A DNA stretch of 32,000 nucleotides, taken from contig NC_000909.1 in the NCBI RefSeq assembly GCF_000091665.1, positions 1,464,118-1,496,117 on the forward strand, given 5' to 3'. A program made the translations under genes and the position numbers. The notes under the pieces are model-generated. The model was not told the origin of the DNA. It did no database searches and saw only the letters and a list, made by a program, of their open reading frames with translations. The DNA is from Methanocaldococcus jannaschii DSM 2661. GTDB taxonomy: Archaea > AGJL01 > Methanococci > Methanococcales > Methanocaldococcaceae. Shown here in pieces: positions 11,024-19,634 of the stretch (position 1 is the stretch's first letter; the number at the start of each line of letters is the position of its first letter).

Positions 11024-12124
11024 TTAATACTTTCCATAAGTAAGAATTCTCACAATTCTTTCTCCACTTTTCCCATTTCCAAATGGATTTTTCCAATTTC
11101 TCTTTTTATTGAGCATTATTTCAACCGCTTTAATTAGCTTTTCTTTGTTATCACCAACTAATATATTAGCTCCAACTTCAACTGTTTCTGGCCTCTCAGT
11201 ATTGTCTCTCAAAGTTATACATGGGACTTTTAAGATACATGCCTCTTCTTGAACTCCTCCACTATCTGTTAAAATTAGCTCGGCATTTTTTTCCAGCATT
11301 AGAAATTCCAAATAGCCAACTGGCTCAATAATTTTTATTTTTTTATTGCTTTTTAGTTTATCAAACAAATTAAACTCTTTCAATCTTTTTTTAGTTCGTG
11401 GATGGATTGAGAAAATAATAGCTTTATCGTATATCTCAATTATCTCAAATATTCCCTCTACAATATTTTTTAATCTTTCTTTATTATCAACATTTTCAGC
11501 CCTATGTAGGGTTAATAAAAAATAATCATCATCAATAACAACACTATTAAAAAAAGCTCTAACGTTTTCATTTTTTTCAGCAATTTTTAAATTTTGTAGG
11601 GTGGCATCAACAATTGTATTTCCCACAACAAAAATCTTATTTTCTTCAATGCCCTCTCTTAATAAATTATTCTTAGCTATTTCAGTTGGAGCAAAGAGAT
11701 AACTGCTTATATGGTCAGTCAAAACTCTATTTATCTCCTCTGGCATGTTTCTATCAAAACTTCTTAATCCTGCTTCAACATGAGCTACATCTATCTTTAA
11801 TTTTGAGGCTACTAAAGCTCCTGCTAAAACAGTGTTTGTATCTCCCTGAACTACAACAACATCCGGTTTTTCTTTTAAAAGAACTTTTTCTATCTCTATT
11901 AACATCTTTCCTGTCTGCTCTCCATGAGTTCCAGAGCCAATATTAAGATTATACTTTGGATTTGGTAGATTTAACTCCTCAAAGAATATTTTATCCATAT
12001 TCTCAGAATAATGCTGATTAGTGTGGATGATATGCCAGTCTATGTTAGTTTTTTCTAAAGCTCTAATTATAGGAGAAAGTTTTATAATTTCAGGTCTTGT
12101 CCCTAAGATAATAGAGAGTTTCAT
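11024..12124 (-). CDS. wecB: UDP-N-acetylglucosamine 2-epimerase
   Basis: GTRPEIIKLSPIIRAL, GDTNTVLAG, HVEAGLRSFDRNMPEEINR, TDSGGVQEE motifs. Confidence 0.94.
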   Translation of the reverse strand: MKLSIILGTRPEIIKLSPIIRALEKTNIDWHIIHTNQHYSENMDKIFFEELNLPNPKYNLNIGSGTHGEQTGKMLIEIEKVLLKEKPDVVVVQGDTNTVLAGALVASKLKIDVAHVEAGLRSFDRNMPEEINRVLTDHISSYLFAPTEIAKNNLLREGIEENKIFVVGNTIVDATLQNLKIAEKNENVRAFFNSVVIDDDYFLLTLHRAENVDNKERLKNIVEGIFEIIEIYDKAIIFSIHPRTKKRLKEFNLFDKLKSNKKIKIIEPVGYLEFLMLEKNAELILTDSGGVQEEACILKVPCITLRDNTERPETVEVGANILVGDNKEKLIKAVEIMLNKKRNWKNPFGNGKSGERIVRILTYGKY

Positions 12125-12126
12125 TT

Positions 12127-14481
12127 TTATCCCTCATATTCTGCTGTTAAAACCTCTCTAATCTTTTTAGCTCTCTCTTTTCCGACTCCTTCAACTTTCA
12201 TTAATTCCTCTTCTTTTGCTGTAAATACATTTTCAACTGTTTTAAAGTGCTTTAACAACCTCTCAGCTAATGCTCCACCAACGTCTGGCAAACTCTCAAC
12301 AATAAATTTCTGTTGTTCTTTTAAGGACATTGCTGTCTTTCCATACCTTACCATAACTGTTCTTTTCTCTTTTATTTGCTCTTTCTCAGCAATCTTTATT
12401 AATAAATCAGCTGTTTCTTCAGCATTTTTTGTAAATATTATTGGGATGCCAAAATCCAAAATTATTGATAAAATAGCCCCTTTAAGTGCATTTTCATGTA
12501 ATCTACTAAAGTTTTCACCTTCAACTATTAACAGAGGTTTTTCAACTTTTTTAAGATTTTTTAATTGGCTAAATAACCTCTTATCAATTATTGAATTTAC
12601 AAAGTCTTCAGCTGTCTTTCTCTCAACAACTACCCTATCACTTAAAACATAATCTCCCACTTCTAATGTTTTTAGCTCAATATTTGCATAATTATGTAAA
12701 AGCTTAGCCATATTCTTCTCTCTAACATCTACAATAATCTTTATTGGCTTTTTCGGAATTTTTATCTCTTGTTTTATTTTATCTTCTTCTGATTTAGACC
12801 TTTCCTTAACTTCAATCTGTTTAATGAAATCTAATATCGTTACTGGCTTTTTGGTTTTTTCTTCTTCCTCCTTAGTTTCTTCTTTTACTGCAGTTTTTGA
12901 TTCAATTTCTTTTTCTTTTATTTCTTCTGTCTCTTCCTTTATTTCCTCTTTAGATTTTTCTTCAAATTTCTTCTGTAACCTCTTATTTAGCAAATAACAC
13001 ATATTTTTTAATAATCTCTTCATCTCCCTTTCTTTGTATAAAGCACTCCTGTAATAAGCTTCATCAGCTGTTCCCTTAGCTATTAAAACATAAACCTTCC
13101 CTCCTTCTCCCCTCATCGCTCTACCTCTCCTCTGAATAAACCTAATTTCTGATGGCACTGGTTCATAAAATATGATGTAATTTACCGATGGAATATCTAT
13201 TCCCTCCTCAGAAACGCTTGTTGAAACTAAAACACTTCCCTCTTTTTTAAATCTCTCTATAGCTTCTATTTGCTCTTTCTGACTCATTCCCTTTCCTTCT
13301 TTATTTGCCTGTCCTATAAATCTTATTGCTTTAATTCCATTTTGAGTTAAGAGATTAACAATCTTCTCTACAGTGTCCCTATATTGAGCAAAGATAATAA
13401 TTCTCTCATCCTTATTTTTTTCCAAAATATTTTTAACCATATCAACAACTTTACCTAATTTTGGATGTTCTACATCTGATTTCATTAATAAATTAACTGC
13501 CTCTCTAACTTTTTCATCATTAACAATAGATTTAGCTGATTTTGTTCTTTGCATGGATAATTTATTTATATAGTTTAAAAATACACTCTTTCCTTGACTC
13601 TCTAAGAGTTCTTTGGCATGCATAAGTTTTAAAGCCTCTGAACAAACTTTTATAAGTTCATACTTCACTTCTTCATCATAGGAAAATAGCTTATTATTTA
13701 GCTCAATAAGTTCTGTTTTTGTTACATCGGCAATGGAATTTATAACTCCAGCATCTTTTAATATTTTTAATCTCTCCTTTAAAGCTTCATTTATTAATTT
13801 TAACGCTCTTTTAAATTCGTTGGGTAAATCAATTCTAATTGGGATAAGTTTTACTTTAGCAATGTATGGTTTTACATCCTCATCATCTTCAGTTCTCACT
13901 TCAACGTGCTCAATTCCTAAGTTTTCACAAATTTCCATGACTTTATCAATATCAGAACCTGGAGATGCCGTTAAACCTAAAATATGACATTTATCTTTAA
14001 ATTTTTTTGCTACAAATGCATAGGCATGGTCTCCTGTTGTGTGGTGGGCTTCATCAGCTATCAATAAAATAAATTCATCCACATTTATTCTTCCAGCTAT
14101 GATATCGTTTTCTATAACTTGTGGTGTAGCTATAAAGATTTTCCCTTTTTTATAGAGTTCAGCTCTCTTTTTTGGCTGGATTTTTCCAGTTAAAGCTATT
14201 ATTTTATCTTCATCAATGTTTAAAACCTGTTTTAATCTGTTGTAGTGTTGCTCAACCAAAGGTCTTGAAGGGGCTAAGATTAAAACCTTTCCATCCTTTT
14301 TTGTTAAAATACCTGCTATAACTAAAATAGCAATAGCTGTTTTACCTAAACCTGTCGATAAAACACATAATGTCTTTTTCTTTAAAGCATTTGCTGCAAT
14401 AATCTGCTGATACAACCTCGCCTCCAAAGTTTTTGGTTTTATTAATGGATGTTCAATAAACATAGTTATCCTACTCTTCAA
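12127..14481 (-). CDS. hef: Hef-type SF2 helicase fused to XPF-family nuclease and HhH
   Basis: STGLGKTAIA, DEAHH, FIQRRGRAMR helicase motifs; VVERKTAEDFVNSI nuclease motif; C-terminal HhH. The MFIEHPLI start (about 14463) is a plausible alternative. Confidence 0.94.
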   Translation of the reverse strand: MKSRITMFIEHPLIKPKTLEARLYQQIIAANALKKKTLCVLSTGLGKTAIAILVIAGILTKKDGKVLILAPSRPLVEQHYNRLKQVLNIDEDKIIALTGKIQPKKRAELYKKGKIFIATPQVIENDIIAGRINVDEFILLIADEAHHTTGDHAYAFVAKKFKDKCHILGLTASPGSDIDKVMEICENLGIEHVEVRTEDDEDVKPYIAKVKLIPIRIDLPNEFKRALKLINEALKERLKILKDAGVINSIADVTKTELIELNNKLFSYDEEVKYELIKVCSEALKLMHAKELLESQGKSVFLNYINKLSMQRTKSAKSIVNDEKVREAVNLLMKSDVEHPKLGKVVDMVKNILEKNKDERIIIFAQYRDTVEKIVNLLTQNGIKAIRFIGQANKEGKGMSQKEQIEAIERFKKEGSVLVSTSVSEEGIDIPSVNYIIFYEPVPSEIRFIQRRGRAMRGEGGKVYVLIAKGTADEAYYRSALYKEREMKRLLKNMCYLLNKRLQKKFEEKSKEEIKEETEEIKEKEIESKTAVKEETKEEEEKTKKPVTILDFIKQIEVKERSKSEEDKIKQEIKIPKKPIKIIVDVREKNMAKLLHNYANIELKTLEVGDYVLSDRVVVERKTAEDFVNSIIDKRLFSQLKNLKKVEKPLLIVEGENFSRLHENALKGAILSIILDFGIPIIFTKNAEETADLLIKIAEKEQIKEKRTVMVRYGKTAMSLKEQQKFIVESLPDVGGALAERLLKHFKTVENVFTAKEEELMKVEGVGKERAKKIREVLTAEYEG

Positions 14482-14529
14482 TTGTTCTTTAAAAATTATA
14501 AAAGTAGCAAAAAATAGTTTTTAGTATCT

Positions 14530-14642
14530 AATAGAACTTTTGTGTTTGCATATGACATTAGAATATTAAATTTATAACTTTACAAAAATATGGATATCGA
14601 CATATTGCCAATAAATTATTTATTCATTACGAGAGTTCTATT
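14530..14642. repeat. Degenerate third copy of the intergenic inverted-repeat element
   Basis: AATAGAACT (14530-14538) and AGTTCTATT (14634-14642). The right arm TTATTCATTACGAGAGTTCTATTTAA aligns with TTATTCCTGCGAAAGTCCTATTTTAA of copy 2. Confidence 0.5.
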
Positions 14643-15829
14643 TAAATTTCCTCAAATTCCTCAAACTCCTGATGTCTCTTTCTTTTTCTAATATATAGGA
14701 TAATTATTATAACAACAATTACTCCTCCAATTATATACATTGGACTTAATGATTCCTCTTTTTTAACTTTTTCTACATGTATATTGAATGTCTCTGTAGC
14801 GTTATATGGGTTGTGATAGTCATCAAAGTATGTAACAGTTACCTTAATTGGAATATCCCCAAACTCCTTTATTTCAAAGATTGAAGTGTCATAATCATCT
14901 TCATCCAAATCTCCAATATACTTGGTATAATTCCTCCCATTTGCAGTTAAAGTCATTACACAATGCTTAATCTTTGTAGTTCCCCTATTTGCAATTCCAA
15001 TAGTTATCTCTATATAATCTCCTTTATTTTTTACATCATCTAAATAAATATACGGCTGGTTTGCATAAATCTTCTTTACAACCCTTATATTTAAAGGAAT
15101 TGTTGAATTATACTGCTTACCATCCTCCCCAACCCAAAATAAGTTTGCATTAATTGAGTATATGCCATCCTCAATTTCTGGAACTGCGTATATTTTTATA
15201 GGGATGATATATTGATTATTTGCTTTTAAACATCCAACAAAAATTAAACTTCCTCCTAAAATATTGATTTTATCATTTCCAATTAAATAAAGGTTTAAAT
15301 ATTTTGCATTTCCAGTTCCTACATTTTTTATGTCTAATTTTATAGTTTTTGTTTTTCCTGGAATTATTGAAGTATCATCTATATTAATTTCAAAGCTTGC
15401 TATTCCATAAACATGTAGATAATAGATTTTAGTTATTTCATAGTGGTGGCTTGTTTCTTTTCCATCCTCTTTATCAACTTCATCATAACTTACTTTTACG
15501 TCTATCCTATAATCTCTTGATGGGGCGTTTTCATCAACATGTAGTTTGAAATATACAGTGTCTGATTCTCCAGGATTTAAATGGCTGATTGTTGCTTTCC
15601 CCTTAATTGGATTAACCTGCCTCAACTCAAATGGATAGTGTGGAGTTACTTCAACAACTATGTTTTTAACTTCATTATCATAATTATCATTGTTTATCTT
15701 AATCCACAAATCCACATCATCCCCAGGATGAATAACATTCGGCTGATACTGAGGAGCATCTATTTGAATGGCAGATATTGAAGATAGCAAAATAAATCCA
15801 ATTAAAATTATCAAAAGTTTCTTCATCAT
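14642..15829 (-). CDS. Exported/membrane-anchored protein with NEW3/COG1361-like beta-sandwich repeats
   Basis: MMKKLLIILIGFILLSSISA signal peptide starting at 15829 with GGGGGATT upstream; C-terminal TM YIIGGVIVVIIIILYIRKRKR. The ORF track start at 15955 overlaps the divergent gene and is less likely. Confidence 0.85.
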   Translation of the reverse strand: MMKKLLIILIGFILLSSISAIQIDAPQYQPNVIHPGDDVDLWIKINNDNYDNEVKNIVVEVTPHYPFELRQVNPIKGKATISHLNPGESDTVYFKLHVDENAPSRDYRIDVKVSYDEVDKEDGKETSHHYEITKIYYLHVYGIASFEINIDDTSIIPGKTKTIKLDIKNVGTGNAKYLNLYLIGNDKINILGGSLIFVGCLKANNQYIIPIKIYAVPEIEDGIYSINANLFWVGEDGKQYNSTIPLNIRVVKKIYANQPYIYLDDVKNKGDYIEITIGIANRGTTKIKHCVMTLTANGRNYTKYIGDLDEDDYDTSIFEIKEFGDIPIKVTVTYFDDYHNPYNATETFNIHVEKVKKEESLSPMYIIGGVIVVIIIILYIRKRKRHQEFEEFEEI

Positions 15830-15907
15830 AATCCCCCACATAAATCTATATATAAAGCTTAAGCTTATATTTGTATATAAAGCTTTAGATGTTTTTTGGG
15901 GAAGTCT

Positions 15908-17095
15908 ATGAAAGTTGATGATATAATTACTTTTGCATTTAAGAATATAAAGCAAAAAAGAACTCAGAGTTTATTGACGATTATTGGCATTGTAATAGGA
16001 GTTTTAGCAATGGTTAGCTTAATCTCTTTAGGATATGGTGTTCAAAATTACATACATGAGGAGATGATGAAAATGGGTTCTAATAAAATAACCATCCTGC
16101 CTATGAAACAGTTTGGCGTTCCTCCTTCACATCTATTTACAAAAAAAGAAATTAAAGCAATTAAAAATGTTAAAGGCGTTGATACAGTTATGTATGGTTG
16201 GTATGGAGGTTGTGAGATAGAATACAATGGAGAAAAGAAGTTTGTATCCTACTATTATGCAATCCCATCAAAATTAAGAGAGGTTTATAAGGATAGTGGT
16301 TACGATATTGAAGAGGGTAGATGGTTAGAGGATAATGACAAATATGCCTGTGTCATTGGCTATGGAACTGCCCATAACTTGTTTGATAGAGAGATAAAAG
16401 TTGGAGATGTAATAAAAATCAAAGATAAAAAATTCAGAGTTGTTGGAATTTTAAAGCAGATAGGAAATCAGCAGGATGATAATTCAATTATATTAAATAT
16501 TGATGTTGGAGAAAAATTATTTGGAAATGAGGGGAAATATAACTTTATCTCCGTAACAGTTAAAGAGGGGGAGGATATAGAAAAAGTTTCAGAGGAAATT
16601 AAAAAAGCTTTAAAAAAATCTTTTGGAGATGAGGACTTTTCTGTTTTAACTGCTGAGCAGTTAGCAAAGACAGTTAGCTCAGTCCTTGGAGTAATAACTA
16701 TATTTGTTGTTGGAGTTGCCGCTATATCTTTATTAGTTGGGGCTGTTGGAATCTCAAACACTATGCATATGAGTATTTTGGAGAGGAGGAAAGATATTGG
16801 AATATTAAAAGCATTGGGAGCAGAGACAACAGATATTTTAGCAATATTTGTTGTTGAGTCAGGATTTTTAGGTTTATTTGGTGGAATTGTTGGTTTAGTT
16901 TTAGGGATTTTATTGGCTGAGGTTATTGAAGCATTGGCTCACAAAATGGGTTATTTGATGGTTAATGCTTGGATTTCATGGGAGTTGATTGTTGGAGTTT
17001 TAATATTTTCATTCTTAGTTGGTGTCATAAGCGGTTATTTCCCAGCAAGAAGTGGGGCTAAGTTAAATCCAATAGAGACATTGAGGGGGGAATAA
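15908..17095 (+). CDS. MacB/FtsX-like ABC transporter permease
   Basis: KNIKQKRTQSLLTIIGIVIGVLAMVSLISLG N-terminus and conserved C-terminal ERRKDIGILKALGA...YFPARSGAKLNPIETLR. ATG at 15908 preferred over TTG 15896. Confidence 0.93.
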   Translation: MKVDDIITFAFKNIKQKRTQSLLTIIGIVIGVLAMVSLISLGYGVQNYIHEEMMKMGSNKITILPMKQFGVPPSHLFTKKEIKAIKNVKGVDTVMYGWYGGCEIEYNGEKKFVSYYYAIPSKLREVYKDSGYDIEEGRWLEDNDKYACVIGYGTAHNLFDREIKVGDVIKIKDKKFRVVGILKQIGNQQDDNSIILNIDVGEKLFGNEGKYNFISVTVKEGEDIEKVSEEIKKALKKSFGDEDFSVLTAEQLAKTVSSVLGVITIFVVGVAAISLLVGAVGISNTMHMSILERRKDIGILKALGAETTDILAIFVVESGFLGLFGGIVGLVLGILLAEVIEALAHKMGYLMVNAWISWELIVGVLIFSFLVGVISGYFPARSGAKLNPIETLRGE

Positions 17096-17097
17096 TT

Positions 17098-17772
17098 TTG
17101 ATAGAAGCTAAAAATGTATGGAAAATCTATGGTAAAGGGGAAGCAAAAACCATAGCTTTAAAAAATATTAATTTAAAAATTGAAGAGGGAGAGTTTGTAA
17201 TGATAATGGGGCCGAGTGGATGTGGGAAATCTACCTTATTGAATATTTTAGCTCTCTTAGATACTCCAACAAAGGGGGAGGTTTATTATAAAGGGAGAAG
17301 AACAAGTTCAATGAGTGAAAATGAAAGGGCTATATTTAGGAGAAAGATTAGTGGATTTATATTTCAGCAATTCCACTTAATAAAAACATTAACAGCCTTA
17401 GAAAATGTTGAATTACCAATGATGTTAGATGAGAGAGATAAGAGTTATAGAAGGAAGAGGGCAAAAAAGCTTTTGGAGATGGTTGGTTTAGGAGATAGGT
17501 TGAATCATTACCCTCATCAATTGAGTGGAGGGCAACAACAAAGAGTTGCTATAGCAAGGGCTTTAGCAAACAACCCAAAAATAATATTTGCTGATGAGCC
17601 AACAGGAAATTTGGACAGCAAAAGTGGAATGGCTGTTATGAGTATCTTAAAAGGGTTGAATGAAAAAGGAATAACTATAATTATGGTTACACATGAGCAG
17701 GAATTGACAAAATATGCCTCAAAGATTATTAAGTTGAGAGATGGTGAGATAGTTGAAATAATCAATAAATAA
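17098..17772 (+). CDS. ABC transporter ATP-binding protein (LolD/MacB type)
   Basis: GPSGCGKST, LSGGQQQRVAIARAL, FADEPTGNLDS. TTG start two bases after the permease stop. Confidence 0.96.
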   Translation: MIEAKNVWKIYGKGEAKTIALKNINLKIEEGEFVMIMGPSGCGKSTLLNILALLDTPTKGEVYYKGRRTSSMSENERAIFRRKISGFIFQQFHLIKTLTALENVELPMMLDERDKSYRRKRAKKLLEMVGLGDRLNHYPHQLSGGQQQRVAIARALANNPKIIFADEPTGNLDSKSGMAVMSILKGLNEKGITIIMVTHEQELTKYASKIIKLRDGEIVEIINK

Positions 17773-17812
17773 AAAATTTAACTATTAAAATAATCAAATT
17801 AAATATGGGAAC

Positions 17813-17831
17813 TATAAAGGAAACCTTTATA
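17813..17831. promoter_or_regulatory. Inverted repeat overlapping the promoter of the histone-fold gene
   Basis: TATAAAGG-AAA-CCTTTATA, 8-bp perfect arms. Confidence 0.5.
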
Positions 17832-17901
17832 TATAAGTTTCGCAGAGGTATGTTATGAGAACATAAAATAAAAATTTTAAAAATTAAAAAGAGGGGATAG
17901 A

Positions 17902-18363
17902 ATGGCAGAAATGATAATTCCATACCCACAGCTTAAAAAGATAATGAAAACAACTTGTGAAATCGATTTGTATAAAACAGAGGCAGAGGACATAATGGAT
18001 GTTGTTGAGAAGAAATTAGCAGATTTATTTGAAGTAGCACACAGAAATGCAAAGGAAGAGAATGCAAAAATCATAAAGATGAGGCACATCCCATTAACAA
18101 AAGGATTTTTAAACTCAATGGAGTTATTTAGAAGCGTTATTGAAGAGGAAAACATAGTAGCTGAAACAATTAAAAAGTATGTTATGAAAAAAATACCTGG
18201 AGACTTACCTTTGGATGACATAGTTGTTGATAACCTTCCATTAATAACAGGAACAATATTTATTGTAGTTGGTAGAGTAATTAAAGCGTTACATGAAGAT
18301 ATTGAGAGAATAAGAAAAGAGCATATTGAAGAAGCTAAGAAAGTATTAGACTACACATTATAA
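17902..18363 (+). CDS. DUF1931-like tandem histone-fold protein
   Basis: Two histone-like halves: [12 protein letters not shown]...[11 protein letters not shown] (compare archaeal histone ...RKTIKAEDIKLA) and [44 protein letters not shown] before ATG. Confidence 0.78.
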
Positions 18364-18380
18364 TCGCTATTTTTCATTTT

Positions 18381-18962
18381 TTATTTTTTCAGTTCATCCA
18401 ATCTATTTGCCCATCTCATTAAAATTTCTCTTGCTCTTTTAAGTTTAGAGTTGCTGTAGTCCAATAAAAATTTTAAGTAATTATTATCAACAAATATCTC
18501 CCCATCTTCTCCTATAGGGGTATCTACCTTATAAGTTGTTAAAATTTCAACAATAACTCTTTTATCTGAAATTGATTTTATGGAAGAGGCTTTTAATCCA
18601 GAGTGTATTGCTAATTCAAGCATCTTTTTTGCTGATTCTATATCTTTACATGCAATATGCAATATGGGGGAGTTCATAACAAAAACTATATAACCCTCTT
18701 TTTTGTTTTTTAAAGCGTTAAATAACTCATCATAAGAGGCATAGTGATGCCACTTCCCAAGCCATCTTGAATATAGCTTTGGATTCTTATCTTTGGGAAT
18801 TTCCATTATTCCAACCCTACCAATACAGCTTGAGGTTGTGTAATAATTATCGATTTCATTGATTTTGTTTAGTATTGGAATTATCTCCTCATCAACTAAG
18901 CCCTCTCTTATAGCAAGTTCTAAATTCATTAATGTCCTCTTTTTATCCTCTAAAAACCCCAT
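18381..18962 (-). CDS. taw3: tRNA(Phe) wybutosine-synthesis methyltransferase Taw3/TYW3 family
   Basis: YYTTSSCIGRVGIM, KWHHYAS, HSGLKASSI...RVIVEI motifs typical of TYW3. Confidence 0.88.
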   Translation of the reverse strand: MGFLEDKKRTLMNLELAIREGLVDEEIIPILNKINEIDNYYTTSSCIGRVGIMEIPKDKNPKLYSRWLGKWHHYASYDELFNALKNKKEGYIVFVMNSPILHIACKDIESAKKMLELAIHSGLKASSIKSISDKRVIVEILTTYKVDTPIGEDGEIFVDNNYLKFLLDYSNSKLKRAREILMRWANRLDELKK

Positions 18963-19129
18963 ATTTTCACCTATATATTAATTAATATAACTGTGCAAAT
19001 TTATGCCACTATAAAATCTTATGGATATAATTAGCGGATTTAAATTTCTATGTTTTTTATATTATAAAATTAATTATGTATAATTGTGGTTAAAACACCA
19101 CACAACAATGAACAACCATTGAGGATAGT

Positions 19130-19453
19130 ATGGCAGAGTTCGTTCCAGCAGAGACAATTGAAGTTGTAAAGAAAAACTGCCCAGAGTTTTATGAGGCTGT
19201 TGCCAATTTGCAGAAGGAGGTTTTCAGTGGGAAAAAATTAGATGAAAAGATGCAGAGATTGGTTTTGTTAGCGGTTGTTGCAACATTGGGGGATGAAAAA
19301 GCAGTTAAAAGACAGACAAAAAAGTTAATGGAAATGGGGGCAACAATTGAAGAGATTCAGGATGTTATGAAAGTTGTGTATATAGGAGCGGGTATGCCAA
19401 GATTTATAAAGGCAGTTGAGGCAATATTAGAAGTTGCTGGAGACCAGTGTTAA
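19130..19453 (+). CDS. Carboxymuconolactone decarboxylase (CMD/AhpD-like) family protein
   Basis: 107-aa ORF with LDEKMQRLVLLAVVATLGDEKAVKRQTKKLMEMGATIEEIQDVMKVVYIGAGMP; lacks the AhpD CxxC motif. Confidence 0.82.
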   Translation: MAEFVPAETIEVVKKNCPEFYEAVANLQKEVFSGKKLDEKMQRLVLLAVVATLGDEKAVKRQTKKLMEMGATIEEIQDVMKVVYIGAGMPRFIKAVEAILEVAGDQC

Positions 19454-19492
19454 TTCTACTCCATATTTTTTTATTTTATTTTTTAATATTAT

Positions 19493-19516
19493 ATCTATAT
19501 ATTTAAATATATAGAT
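19493..19516. promoter_or_regulatory. 24-bp perfect palindrome upstream of reverse gyrase
   Basis: ATCTATATATTTAAATATATAGAT, identical to its reverse complement. Confidence 0.45.
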
Positions 19517-19634
19517 TAATGTTCTTACAAAAACAAATAATAAAGTTTTTAAACCCAAATAAACCAAATGAACATAAAAATTAAATTATAATCTATCAGA
19601 TTCTCTAATAAATATTCATTGACTTGGTGTTATT

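Noticed and set aside
9598-13987. Plus-strand ORFs 9598-9825, 11686-11946, 12446-12652, 13733-13987
   Set aside because: Antisense to rnz, wecB and hef, which have convincing motifs; composition is typical of shadow frames.
19130-19453. Interpreting the CMD-family protein as an active AhpD-type peroxidase
   Set aside because: The AhpD CxxC...H signature is absent; only isolated cysteines are present, so no catalytic function is assigned.
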